This document shows, piece by piece, positions 26,046 through 39,169 of a stretch of 64,000 bases of DNA. Origin of the DNA: Novakomyces olei. Taxonomy: Eukaryota. The number at the start of each line of letters is the position of its first letter. The stretch's first letter is position 1. The notes under the pieces are model-generated. The model saw nothing but the letters and a program-made list of their open reading frames with translations. It was not told the DNA's origin and did not search any database. The translations under genes and the position numbers were made by a program. Location: positions 1,240,001 to 1,304,000 of the forward strand of contig JADEYG010000001.1 of assembly GCA_016906335.1 (NCBI GenBank). Direction: 5' to 3'.

Positions 26046-26444
26046 TCATGATTCGCCATGCTGCCTTGGTTTGACGAGACCGTCACTTATTCGATAGTAG
26101 ACCAACGATGAATCTGGTCCTAAAATACCCAGGAATATGACAACAGCGCTGGGCAAAGGCACTGGCTCTATATTCCTTTCGTCTTTGACTGATAACCCGG
26201 CCTCTTGGATTAATTGGAAGATTTCATCGAGTCTTCTTGGGCTTATATTATCGCTCAAATGCTGCGGCAAAACAATTGCCTTTGTTTGGCTCCGTGAATC
26301 CAGACCTTGAAATACAAATGTGTCTTCGTCCAATTGATATAAGCTTATATTCTGCCATTTTTGGTTCAATTTAAGGTCAGTGTCCACTGCTGTCAATAAG
26401 CCAGATAGCTTATGATCTGCGTATGGCTGTATACAGTCTGACAT
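26046..26444 (-). CDS. SEN15: tRNA-splicing endonuclease subunit Sen15
   Basis: DLKLNQKW, VLP...ISPRRLDEIF, IFLGILGPDSSLVYYRISDGLVKPRQ. Confidence 0.82.
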   Translation of the reverse strand: MSDCIQPYADHKLSGLLTAVDTDLKLNQKWQNISLYQLDEDTFVFQGLDSRSQTKAIVLPQHLSDNISPRRLDEIFQLIQEAGLSVKDERNIEPVPLPSAVVIFLGILGPDSSLVYYRISDGLVKPRQHGES

Positions 26445-26649
26445 TTGCTGGCCAAAAGATGGCTGTTGGGACAAAGGATCGTCCTTTGTATTTTCAAGGC
26501 CTGCACGGACAATGTTTTGCTTTGCTTGCGGGCTATTTATTAGAACTGGTATACAAATTTTGTATATATAGGCATATGTAGACAATAATGTCATGACACA
26601 TAAACAATAAAGAAAATACAGTAAATTAGATATGATCTAGCGGATATTA

Positions 26650-28897
26650 TTACTTTACGTCCTTGCTTGAACCAGAAGGTTTAGCGCCATAACGGTTCAC
26701 GACTTTTCCATCCGGCACATCAAAAAACACGATTGTTTTTCCATCAAAAGGTTGGTCGCAAACGTAGTAACCTCGACGTTCAAACTGTACGACTTGCCCC
26801 CTTGTTAGCTTCTTCACATTGGCGTCGGCAAAGGCAGCGACCTTGGTCTCTGTGTCCGGGTTAATGAAATCCTCGAGCTTATCTTCCTCCTCGAGCTTGT
26901 CTTTTGTGATGAGATAGTCAAATGTGGAAATTTGCACGGTCACGAGAGCCTTTTCTTCAGCAGCCAGCCAAGTAATCTTCTTCTCTGTCTTTTTGAAATC
27001 GCCCTCCAAGTGCAATTGCATTGTGACTGCCTGCACTACATTATCGGCATTGCGAGTTATTCCCTTTACAATAGCATTGCCCCAGTCCATCAAGGTAATT
27101 TCCTCATTCTCCGCAAACGTCTGAGCATCGTCTTGAGCAATCAGGATCTTTGGTCCAAAATACGTTTGCTTCAGCCCAACATCTTTGTTCTTTTTATGCA
27201 GCGGCCTTTGTTCCTCATAAAAATCTGCAGGCCCATCGGTAATCTGAACAGTTACAGCGTCCTGCACATCAATGGCCGTATGCCTGGGCGCAATTGGGTC
27301 CACAATCTTTTTGTTCACTGCCCAAAAAGCGGACCATTCCAAGTTCAATATATTCTTCGAAGGCCCCTGGCTGATAATAAACTGCTGCAGAGCCTCGATT
27401 GTCATCCCGCGTCGACGTACTCCCCGGACAGTGGGCATTCGTGGATCATCCCACCCAGAAACGATGCCCATGTCGACCAGTTTTTGTAGTTTTCGCTTGC
27501 TGAGCACTGTTCGCACAAAATTCATGCGGCTAAACTCCCATACATGAACTTTTCGTAACGACAACGCCTTGAGCATCCAGGCGTACTGAGCCTCACGGTC
27601 ACGGTACTCTATGGTGCGGAGAGCATGGGTTACTCCCTCCAAGGCATCAACGACGGGACAGCAAAAATCATAAGTTGGGTACACTTTCCAGGCTTCACCA
27701 GTGCGATGATGGGGCTCAGGGTTGCAGCGATAAATGACGGGATCGCGTAACGCTTTGTTTGGGTCATCAACAGAGATTTTGGCCCGAATGCACCACCTTC
27801 TACCTTCTGCTGAACCTGTGGTCATTTCACTAAAGGCAGCAAGATTTTCCTCTACACTCTGCTCTCGCCTCGCACTGGCAATACCATCAAAGCGCTGCTG
27901 CCGCATTGTTGGCTGATCCGTATCGTCAGCATAGGCGTTGCCCTGCTTGATCATGTCCACTGCCAGCTTGTACATATAGTCAAAATAGTCTGACGAAAAA
28001 GTTACCTCGTGCGGTTTGATGCCGAGCAGCTGCAGGTCCTCCAATATAGATTCCTGGTACTCCATTTTCTCCTTGCTCGGGTTCGTATCATCAAAGCGTA
28101 CAATCAATTTTCCATGGTACCGTTTGGCAAAGTAATCGTTCAGCAAGGCCGCTTTAGCGTGTCCAATGTGAAGGTAGCCGCTAGGCTCTGGAGGGAACCG
28201 GGTCACTACATGCCCATCAGTAGCATCTTGAAGTCCAATTTCATAGTTGGCATTAGACTGCTTTGGGTTTGCTTTCGCTACAGATTTACGTTTAATCTGT
28301 ACCTCTTTTGTCAGCACTTCAATGGCAGTCTTGACAAAGGTCTGCGAGTCAATGTACCGGTACCAGCGGGACACATGGAAAAAGGAATCGCCACGCTTAC
28401 AAGTATTAGCCGCCACTGGGTTTGATCTAATAGCCGCCCAAACAGCAATATCAGCAATAGTAATAGTGTAGCCGACAAGAACAGTGCGAATCTGCAAATA
28501 GTCATCGAGATCAGCCAAGTCTTTTGCGACTTGGTCAAAGGCTTTGCCCTGGAATCTGGTCTCTGCAAACTCGATCCACTCCAAGATCTTTTCACGGGGA
28601 GGCGTTTCTGTGCTTGTAATTCCACCAAAAACATCTATCAGAACCTCCAATACCGGCCGAACCCCGACTGCGTGGCCTTTGCCTTTGATTCTGATATCAA
28701 CCGTCGATTTAGGATCTTTTTCAACAATCACAGCTGTATCCTTGTAATGGATATCAAAGGGGCCCAGAACGTTCGTGTGCCGCAAGTACTGTGCCGCCAC
28801 CAATGGGCCTTTAAAAGGCATTAGAAAGGCATTGCAATGTACGCTTACCATAAGCGACCGGTGAGGCCTTGATTGCCAACGTCAGATAGTCCGACAT
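26650..28897 (-). CDS. GUS1: Cytosolic glutamyl-tRNA synthetase (GST-like N-domain); first exon 28897-28849
   Basis: RFPPEPSGYLHIGHAKA, VLSKRKL, GWDDPRMPTVRG. Confidence 0.97.
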
Positions 28898-29026
28898 CGC
28901 GCGTACTAAAATTTTGGTGCTTTAGAACAGTTAATTTGTCCTTTATACCGTCATATATTGACGACATGAAAATTAGATTAATTAATTTAATTAATTTTCC
29001 TACTTGGCTTTGTATTATAGTAAATC

Positions 29027-29042
29027 TAGGGTTAGTTAGGGT
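29027..29042. promoter_or_regulatory. 16-bp telobox element upstream of GUS1
   Basis: Exact TAGGGTTAGTTAGGGT. Confidence 0.65.
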
Positions 29043-29346
29043 CAATTCTCCACTATGGGTATCGGATTCTTTAAATAAACCTCATATAAAAGCCAGTATG
29101 ATTAGCGTCTGTATACGCGCACATGCTATGCAGCTTTGCGAGATTATCATGTACCCATATCTACCATAAGACGGTATACAATTAAATAAAAGGAGCAAAG
29201 TGAAGGACTGCCATTATACCTATCATTTACAGGTATTACCTGCTATTCAAGAAATTAAGACAATTACCTCAAGTACTTGATCTATTACTAATGCAAAATG
29301 TACAATTGATTGTCAAGGAAAAGAGCGAAAAAAAAAGAGGGGAGTG

Positions 29347-30793
29347 CTAAGCCCAGCGCTGCTGCAGAACCGCATTTTTTAAGCCATTGTCTTCCAAAGT
29401 CTGTTGACGATCCTCCAAATCTTTAGGCGGAAAAGGTGTTTGAAGCACGTACGTGCGCGACTGTCCGCTAATGCTATCAACATACTGATAAACGGAGCCA
29501 ATAGTAGCATCCAAATTGAAGACTACACGGAGCCGCCTTCCGTCAGCCAACCGGATCTGCAAAGTCGTCTTTGGTTTTGTCTCGTCGACTACTGGTTTCG
29601 TCTCAGCTGATGAGGATGATTGAGAAGGTCCCGATGGCCGAGTGACTGGCACAGAGGCCGAAGATACTGTAGTCGGGGCAGAAAATGTTGGAGTAGGACT
29701 GCCTAACCGATTTCCTTGTCCCGAGAAGGGCTTCCATTTCTTCTTGTAAGGCTCTTCACGACGTTCCTCGACGTGCACTTCTACCTCCTGGCCCATTTGC
29801 ACATTAAGCAAACTTAGGGGGGCGCGTCTATTTGGGTTAGTATAATATACAAATATATATATGTATAAACAAAACCATCTACACAACTCTTACCCTGAAT
29901 TGATATGATTCAGAATCTCGCGATTTGCCGGATCGTCATAACGAATAAGATCACCGTCTTCACCGACACTGATTCCATCTTTCCAAAACGTTAGTGTTCG
30001 TACAGCGCGTGGTAAAGACTGCCGCTGCTGTCTCGTAGAGCCAGACGCAGATCCTACAGCCTCTGACGGCACTTCCTCGCTGCCCAAACGGTGACCCACA
30101 CCGTTGAAGAACCCTGCGTTGGATGGCTTTTCTTCGCTAGACGGAGCTGCCTCTCGCGCTTGTCTAGTACATTATTTAGAGATTTTTATCTTGCAGTAGC
30201 TTAAGCTTACCTGGCTGCCTTGTCCAGAACCTCACGCACAAGGCGATCACGTTCGCTCTCCCGGGAATTTGGATCCTGAACGGACAAGCCGCTTATAGTT
30301 AGTTTGTGCTTGATCAAAAATAAAAATAAGTAAAGCAAAAACGACTTACGACTTTTCTCCGCCCGCGAAAAAGTTGGGATCGTCATCATTATCATCGCTT
30401 TCATCGCCACCTGAGTGTAAATCCCTAAGTGTAACAGGTCCGCCTGAGCGCGTCGCAGTCTTGCGTTTATTCGACGATGACGCAAGCGCACTTGGCGAAT
30501 TTGAGCGATGCGAAGACGGCATTTGGTTGCTGGCCGTCGAAGCAGGGGTCGCTACTGATGAAGCTGAAGGCTGGCCTTCACCGAACCCTTCGTCAGAGCC
30601 GCCCTGACCCTCGCGCGCTTCGAAAAACTGGTTCAACGCCAACTGTGAAAGTTAGTCTACTCTCCCTTGAAGCTTTGTCTTGCTGGTATACTTCCACGTT
30701 CCAGTTTGCCGAGTCCAGGAAAAAAGTGGCTGTTCCTGCTTGGCAGTCTGTAGCAGCCACAAACTGAGCTACTGCTGCGTCCCGGTCGCTCAT
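29347..30793 (-). CDS. SHP1: Cdc48/p97 cofactor Shp1/Ubx1/p47 (UBA-like, SEP, UBX), multi-intron
   Basis: FFLDSANWNVE, FFAGGEKSGL, LTFWKDG (SEP), FSGQGNRLG (SHP box), LQIRLADG...FPPK (UBX). Confidence 0.94.
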
Positions 30794-30927
30794 TGTACGG
30801 TTCGTTGTTGCGCAATCAGCCGTACTTTGCTCGTTACGTATAACGTTTGTCGTTATTCTTTTACAAGTCAGTCTGTTTTACTATAATAATTCAGCCTATA
30901 AGAATCCCAAGGCAATACTTTTGTGCT

Positions 30928-31086
30928 TTCTGTTATAGTGGAACCCAAACTTATATTAGGCTAGGGTTAGTTAGGGTTTGCTAGGGTTATTTTGGTAACC
31001 TGGATATACATATAGCCTTCATGGCCTACGTAAAAATACTATCCGTCTTAACACGTAAAATCGGAGTTTATGTTCACCACTTTTAA
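30928..31086 (+). mobile_element. Degenerate dispersed repeat fragment (copy A1), contains the telobox 16-mer at 30962
   Basis: Aligns by eye to 41731-41810 and 41985-42050 (e.g. acttatattagg..tagggtttgctagggtt..acctggata; gcctac.taaa.atac.atccgtctt.aca). Confidence 0.55.
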
Positions 31087-31103
31087 CGAGAAAGCTAAGC
31101 CAG

Positions 31104-31122
31104 TTAGGGTTAGGGTTAGGTT
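31104..31122. promoter_or_regulatory. Telobox upstream of bL27m
   Basis: TTAGGGTTAGGGTTAGGTT. Confidence 0.55.
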
Positions 31123-31288
31123 TTTTCTAACAATAATAGAAAATGCGCTAGCAAATCTATTTCATACTAGTTTGTATAATCGTGGTACAAAGTTAAAATT
31201 AATTCAACATTAAATCTACAATATTGCCGGAGGGCAAACTTTTATTACAGGCACAAAATAGCGATTATTCGGTATACAGCTGCCACAG

Positions 31289-32123
31289 ATGTTTGGACGA
31301 GTGTGGAGGCAGACGATGCGGTCTGCGTCGGCCGCAGTTCAGACAAAACTGCCACAAGTCGCAGGTCGGTCTGCTTTATTCAACGAGTTTTCTCCTTTCA
31401 TGGTACCGTCGCAAGTTCGTCATGCGACGAAACGGACATCGGGATCTGGCAAGAACACTGCAGATTCGGCAGGTCGGAGGCTTGGTGCTAAACGCACAGA
31501 GGGCCAAGAAGTTTGGGGCGGCTGCATTCTAATGCGTCAACGTGGCACACAATGGTTCCCGGGCGAAAATGTAATGCTTTGCAGAGATTGGTCTTTTTGA
31601 TATTTGCTTTTTTAGCTTACCATCCTCTTTATTCACGTCTTTTCTCTTCTACTTGCAAACAGCGTTATTGTCTGTTTTGTGTTGCTTTTGTCTTATCATT
31701 TACATTTGATTTCTACTTGAATTTAGGTTCCATCTATATTTGACCGCTTTTCAAATTTGGTTTTTATTTAAATTTGATTTCTGTTTCTATTTATTTATTC
31801 TTAAATTTTAGATTTTATCAATTCCAAATTTCTAATTTCAGGTCAAAATGGGTCGAGATCATACAATATTCGCGGTAGAGCATGGCTACGTTCGGTTTTA
31901 CCGTGACCCTGATTATCCTTCTCGCCGATTTATCGGAGTCGTGTTCAGCCGGGAGGACCGTTTACCGCGTGCTCCTAACGCTTATCGGAAACGAAGACTT
32001 CTGGCCAAAGTAGTGCCCTCGTCTACTACTGTTGCACGTATGGAAGCCGAGCACCAGGCTGAAGTTGAACAACGTCGGAAACAAATAAGAGCCCAACAGA
32101 AACCCGCGGCTCCAGCAGCATAG
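31289..32123 (+). CDS. MRP7: Mitochondrial ribosomal protein bL27m (Mrp7/MRPL2); intron 31571-31841
   Basis: [46 protein letters not shown]. Confidence 0.95.
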
Positions 32124-32268
32124 AATCAAAAAGTCGATATAATACGATATGCCCATTGATTTTCATCTTGTTGAGAAAAAAATGTCCTTGTTCATGTTCA
32201 ATTCTGATAGAAATACGTAGCTGCTTGGCGGCTTGATAGAGCCCTTAAAGCATATAAGCATTTCCTTC

Positions 32269-35036
32269 TTATGAAACCTTATTTTGCTGTTTGAACAGGT
32301 CCCAGGCTTTGTTCAGTGTACTAAACACGTTTTCCGCAATCATTTTGGTTTCGATACTTGCTCCCTGAGGAATCTAAGAGTGTTAGTGAGTTGTGTCTAG
32401 TACGAACAGCTCCATACCTTGTCCGGGTGGACTTTAGAGACCGCCTTCATATAGTTTATTTTAACACGCGCCGGCTGGATCAGTTCTGCTATAGATACCG
32501 ACTTCCAGTTTGCATTGTCCCACAGTACGACATCCATACTGGCTATAAGAGCTCGAATATTGTCTTCTTTTCCCTTCTTCCAAGACGTTATGCGCTGTTC
32601 AACAGAGTCGTATAGTCGTTCACGTTCAGTTCGAGCAAACTCTGAAGCCTTCTCGTGCCTCGCCAAATTCTCTGCAGCTCTGCTGTCAACAGCAGCAGCC
32701 GCCGTTTTGGCTCTGGCACTAGAACTAAGAGCCGGCCTATCCCTTTGTGTGGTTCCGTTAGACTTTTGAGCAGACTTGGGGGGTCCGGATGCAGATTTGG
32801 ATCGAGCAAGAGGTGTATTGAGGGCCTGTGTGCATCTCTGTTTACCAGCAATAGCCTGTTGACCACCAGCGCCTCTCATAACAGCCTCAATCCAAGCGTC
32901 TCTGGCTTCTGCATAGCGCTCTATCGCCTCCAACGCTTGAGCCTTACGAATGATTGATTTACTCCAAAACTCATCAACGCCCTTTGGTTCATCACCGGGA
33001 ATGACGATCTTTGTATTATGCCCATTATCGCTGGCAATGAGATGCAGAGCTTCATCAGCGTGTTTGAGTGAAGACTTTGAATCGCCCAAATTGTTAGCAC
33101 AAAGCGCCATATTTGCTAAAAGCAGGATCCGGACTGGATGGGTCTTGGGGCAGACCTCAAGGGCGTTTGTAAATGTTTCTAAGGCCAAAGTGAAGTCGCC
33201 TTCTTTGAAGAGCTGAAGACCCTTCTGCCGCAGTGCCGCTATCGTCTCATAATCGTGTGGCGGTATCGCCGGATCAAGACGGGAGGGAGCCTTTGTACGC
33301 GCCTTTGCACGTACACTCACATCAGTCTTGACGGGAGCGTCGGCGCCTGTACTCGCACTAATCAACCCGGTCTCGGCAAAAGCCGGGATGCTTTTATCTT
33401 GAAAAGATCGCTCCACTGGTGGAGCTGAAGCACAAGGCTTAACGGGTAAAACATTGGCGTTGTTCGCGCCTTTTTGAGACTCAACGGCCTTGGAGGAATG
33501 GCGAAACCGATTTGGTGACCTGTAGCCATTGCCCTGATTGGCGTCATTAGCGCTGGATCTCTCCGTGTGCCGTTCATGAGATCTGCTCTCCTGTATCCAC
33601 TTTGGTCTGGAGGGATCTGGAGGTGTAGGATCATGTAAATACTCATCCATAGCTTTTCCCAACCTCGCACGGCCCAGTGACCAAAGCTTTGTGGCTCTGT
33701 CAAAGACTTGATTCCTTATTTCAGCAGCCCTTATACTTAAATCGTCAGTTGGCACATTAGGTCGCCTTGCTGACACAGCTGCACCCCTCGACGGCCTGGC
33801 TGGACCACTGGTACCCGGCCCGCTCGTACTTTTAGGCGTCTGCAGGGCCAGTAACAACTCTACTGCCGCCTCTACGTCATAATCATTCTGCTGAAGTGCA
33901 ATACGGGCATATTCCTCACTGAAACCCATATCCATAACCTGGACGATCCGCGGATCAAGGTCAGTTCTAGGCTGTGGGGACGGCTGCCGGGATGCGCGTC
34001 TAGATGACTGCTCTAAAGACTTTACTGAAGATGTCCGTGAGGGCCCGGCCGATACACTTTGGGTAGTTTTACGTGCTTCTTTCCGCGTTTCCGTAAAAGC
34101 TTCCGTAAAAGCTGAAGCTTCAGCCGGGCTTTGGGTCTGAAAATCGGGAAAAAGAACGTCCTCTGCAGCCCCACTAAAAGTACGGTCTGGCATGGGTGAG
34201 GCGGCACGAGACACGGGGTCGCTTGTCGTATCGAACGGGCTTCGTACACTAGACGGAGGCTGATTTTGAACACGGTAATTGGCAGCATTGTCTCCAAGTA
34301 CTGTACTCTCCAGCAAGGAGCCTCCCCCGGGTGACTGACTGTACCCTCGCACGGACTCTACTCGGCCAGGCGCCAATGACACTGACGGCACTTGACCCCG
34401 AGTGTGTGATCTAGTTTGACTAGTCGTATGACTAGTTTGACTAGTGAATTGACTAGTTTTACTCGTAGGATGACTAGTTTGACCAGGCCGACTAGTTTGA
34501 CCAAGCTGGCTAGTCTGACCAGGCTGACTAGTTTGGCCAGGCTGACCAGTTTGACTAGTCTGACTTGGAGTAGCCTGACTGGCAGATTGCTGTGCAGTAC
34601 TGCCTTGGCTTGCAAGAGTCGAACCCGTACTCGCTGACCTTTTTGATTCTCTCGACGCCTCCCATAGATCGATGCCATCGAACCCGGTCAGACTGGCAGT
34701 ACTGCTTGAAGCATAGTACCCGGACCGCTCATTATCCAATTGCTGCTGCCTTTGGGCGAGCGACTGTGTATTTGGCGTCGTTGACCGACTCGGCGTAAAC
34801 AGTGAGGCAAAGGGATCAGTTGTTGCTGAAGCAGTGGAAGCTTTTCCCGTACTATTTGCACTGGCCGGCTTATTCGCGCCAAGTCTCGACATGGCGTTCA
34901 CAAGGCCCTGCGTCGCGTCATTACGACCCGTCGGCGGCATTGCCGGCGGCATTGCCGATGGAATCTGTGACTGCGGCCGCGTCTGCGACTGGCCTGAAGG
35001 CGCTTGTGACCATTCAAAGTCTTTGAGGTCGTCCAT
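32269..35036 (-). CDS. SWA2: Auxilin-like clathrin-uncoating factor (UBA, TPR, J-domain); intron about 32374-32417
   Basis: DPF motif, UBA (VMDMGFSEEYARIAL), TPR, WKKGKEDNIRALI...KVHPDK...LNKAWDLFK. Confidence 0.88.
34410..34570 (-). repeat. Coding tandem repeat (QTSQxG)n within SWA2
   Basis: Repeated gactagtttga units, 18-21 bp period. Confidence 0.8.
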
Positions 35037-35797
35037 TGCACCAGTTTATCTGCTACTCGCCGCAGAGGCGTGTCAAGGGCCTTATCATGGGAAGCGTGTG
35101 CTAACGTGGAAGCCACACACACGTACACACAAGTCCCATTTTACGTATAATCTTGGTTTGGGCCCGTACTTTTACACGTCCCCAGTGCGTATTATGGCCT
35201 AACCTTGGCTATGTTTAGCACATTTATAACTAAATATTTTTATAATATTTTTATAGCATATCTATAGCCATACCCACACGTGCACTTACCGTACCCACTT
35301 TACATTGAGTACCTCCCTGCCTTTAACACTGTACTGTGACACCAGTCTACACGTAAGCTGTAAGCCCATACTAAACGTTCTGCCAACGTTATTCAAACGC
35401 CAAAAAATATTTAAACTGCTCAAGTCCAGTTTACTCTAACTCTATTACCATTGTACCTACCTACATACACTCTGGTACCATTGTACTTACATGCTGTGCG
35501 TACTCAATGTGCCCACTCACCACCTACTTACCACCCACTTACCTTACCTACTTGCCAACTATACTACATAGTCCCCGTACATTTGCCACGAATCCGCCAT
35601 CGCACTTTGACACATTACTATTATCGCAGCTATAACCAGCGATATGAGCGTTGCACGTTACTAGTAACGTACGTACGTATAGGAAAATAGTGCAACGTTG
35701 GTTTGTGCATCGTTCGGCAGCTTTGCCAAGGTGCAGTCTACGGGATACTACCTTTACGGTGCAGCAAAGTGAGAGCTGAAATGTCCACCAAGAGGGA

Positions 35798-38700
35798 ATG
35801 AATGACAGTATCGACTACGATGGGTTAGAGCAAAGGGCTTTGCAAGACGAATCGGTAGGGAATAGTCGTGTTTGACTAATTATTAATCTTTTTCCCAGTC
35901 AGAGTCGTTGGGCGGTGGAGACTTTGGCCGTCAGTCGGCCACAGAAAAGTCTAAGAGTACCGGCCAGCATGTCTATGATCATGGCCAAAAGCAGGACGCA
36001 AGTTTCGCTTTCTCTGCCGATCATAATGTGAATTTAAACCTGAGCCAGTTCTCATCTGCCACTGCTCAAACACTGCGCGATAGTGCCGAAGTGCTCTTTC
36101 CAAACGAGTCCGATATACGCGGCACTTTGCCCGCACTTGAAAGGTCGCTGGGGAACGATTCGATGGTGCTCGGCACTCTGCCGTCTTTTGCTAGCGGAGG
36201 GCAAGCGTTGGGCCCTCATAATGGAACTGGGCCGGCTGCTAATACTGCGGCCGATACTGCCATTGGGCCCGTTCAAGGTACCCAGGACACTGGTGATGAC
36301 GCGTCTCAGCTCAGTGACTGCCTCGCTATTGGCGATATGCCTCCCGATGGCGGCTGGCGAGATCGTACAGTGTCCCAGACCAATAGGCACGTGCCTACAC
36401 CGAGCGAGGGCAAAGCTCCGCCGTCTGGTCTCACCCAGTTATTTGACGATATGGAGTCAATGTCTCCTGTGCGGGAAACCAAAGTGCCTGCAGCATCGGG
36501 CGAAACGGGCCTAACGCCTGGGCGAACGGCAAAAGCTGCGTCTGGAAGCGAAGGCAATCCGACCCACTCGTCTACGTCCGCCTCCACAGACCGTAAGAAA
36601 TCTGATCAAGTTTTTTATGAAGAAAATGCGGAGCATTTAATGCGTCAAAGGAGACGAACAGTAACGAGGCGTCTACAGTTGGTTTCCGCAAGACGCAAAA
36701 CTGTGGATTTGAGCCCCATTTTTGTTGGCTTTGAGAGTAAATCTCAAGCAGATTCGGAGCCCTTACTGAGCCCAGCAAAAAGCCCGTTGCCGGCAAAGGA
36801 GAATGGAACCGGTAAGCACTCTATGCCCGCACCAAAGGGCTCAGTGCTAAACTCTACGCCAGAAGAGGCCTCGTCACAGCTTCCTACCCTCCACCGAGCA
36901 GCGGCAAAGTCGTCCAATGAAAGTTGCAATATAATCCAAGTGCCCGAGACTATAAAAAAGCTGAATCCTTCAGCAGGCCAGCCTGACCGATCAGCCTCCA
37001 GTGTGTTTAGCAGTCCTATAATGATCAATGCAAAGCAGTCTACGCCGTCTCGATCCCTAGGCCAGACAGATGCCGACAGCCATTTGGCTCAGACAATCAC
37101 TATTGAGGACAACAGTGCCTCTACCACACTGCCTTCGTCACAGTCGTCCTCCGATAAGGATGCATTATTGACGGAAGGCACCGACAGGTCTTTAGAGCCT
37201 CAGCACAAGGAGAAAAACTTTGTTATTTCAATCTCTGATAACCGCAACGGTCGCCCAGGGAAACGTCGTCGGATTTCCGGCGATACAGTTCACAGTGCGA
37301 GCGATCATTATGTCAAAGATGCGACTATGGAAGATGCGCCAACGCAAATGGCTTATGGCATTAAAGACGAGTATAAAATAGGAGAGATGGAGCAGCCTCC
37401 GGCTAACGGTACGAGTGTCTCAAGGCTGCGGAACCGGTCGCATTCAAAGAGTGTTGACTTGGACCAAGGTCAGTATTCTGATGAGGCTCCCAGTGTACTA
37501 CACACTCAGGAAAGTGTGGTACGCTCAGTCGCAAACGCAACTGACGAACTAACAATGCCAATGAAAACGTCGTTTGTACGCCCACCCTTTCAGGCGTCAA
37601 GAGTGTTTGCACTTTTCAAAGGCACCAGCCCGTGGTACGGGCCGGCGAGTATAACTAGAAACCTGAAAAGCACCAACAGTTTCAAGGTGCGGTTCGACAA
37701 CGCTGGGCAGCAAGGTGAAACGAAGCAGATTAAAAAATTGGAATTACATAAAGGCGATCTTGTGCATGTTGCGGATACTACTGATTCGGTAGGCGGTCCG
37801 GTACGCAAAACCAAGAGTGCCACTTTCAAAGTAGTGTCCTGCGAGAGTCATGATTCATTGGCCAGAATGACAGACGTACATGGCAATGACTATGTACGGG
37901 TAATCGAGTGCAGTCCGCACGAGTTGCATGAGGACGATGGAGAAATCGATGATTTTGCGGAGAGAATTGTACCCGTTCGAAACCTATGGCTCAGCACGGA
38001 ACAGTTTCAGGCTTTACAGAACCGAGAGTTTGCATACAATGGCAGTTTACTGCTAGAAGGAATATTTTCCGGAATGGCTTTTATAGTGTCCCGTGCGTCT
38101 GTCAGGGACGATTCGGAGCTGGCTCGAGCTACGCTTGAAAATCGGATCCAAGAGCATGGTGGCAGAGTTTTTGATGGAGCCGATTTTGGAGCTTTGTTCA
38201 CGAATCAGAGCTGTCGCAAGCAGGGAGATACGTATGGGCCTCTTGAGCCATGCCCTTGGATGCAGAACACGAGGTTTGTATGTCTAATTTCCCACAATTA
38301 TAGCCGAGTGCCAAAGTACCTGCAAGCGCTGGCCTTGGGGATTCCTTGCTTGCATCCGAGATTTGTTGAGGACTGTATTGAAATGGTACGTTTCTGTTTG
38401 GTTAATTAGCTATTTGTTAATTTAAAATTAGTGGCTAATCTTATTTCAGGATGAATTTGTGGATTGGAAAGATTACTTATTAGCAGCCGGGGAATGCCAT
38501 TTGTTAAACGAGGCGGACGATACGCCTGTGCTCAAGTCCATGAGCATAGCGCCTTTCCGTGAAAATCAGACATGTGCAGAACGAGTACAATACCGGAGCG
38601 GTCTACTGTCTGGTCTAAGCGTATTATTTATGCCTCAGCGAAGGACTACTGACAAGGTAAGGCACATGGAAGACTTGAAATGCTTAAAGCTCATTATCTA

Positions 38701-38935
38701 GGCCATTATACTTTTGCTTCAGTGCATGAAATGCGACCGGGTGAGCACCTGTAAGGACAAAAAGGCTTTGTCTGGGCTGAAAAAGGTGCAAAAAGATGCT
38801 CTTGATATGGTCGTTGTGTATACAGACGCGGAAAAAAAACGTGTTTGCAGAATTAAGGATACCCATTGGCGTGTTCTAACGACTAATGATTTAATAGAAT
38901 GTTTGGTGTTAGGTAGACTGGTTGAGGATAATTAG
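35798..38935 (+). CDS. crb2: DNA-damage checkpoint mediator Crb2/Rad9/53BP1 (Tudor plus tandem BRCT), multi-intron
   Basis: S/TQ- and S/TP-rich N-terminus; RVFALFKGTSPWYGPA (Tudor); GIFSGMAF...SRVPKYLQALALGIPCLHPRFVEDC...DWKDYLLAAG (BRCT). Confidence 0.88.
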
Positions 38936-39169
38936 ATTGCATTCAGATACGCCCACATCTATTCGACTAAAGACAAACAAGTTACGTATGCGCGTCTACT
39001 ATGATTCGCACCACACACATTATGATTAAATGTGATTCTATGTGATTCCTTCACGTAAGCCTACGCAGGCCGACGCGAGACGGCGGGTTGCCGCTCTAAA
39101 TACACTAAACTTGGTTAAATTTAGTACTGTCTGGCTCATCTGACACCAACTACTCCGTAAAATTCAAAA

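Noticed and set aside
35280-35560. Several ACTTACC motifs resembling the U1 snRNA 5' end
   Set aside because: They lie in low-complexity C/A-rich DNA with no following U1 stem-loops or Sm site.
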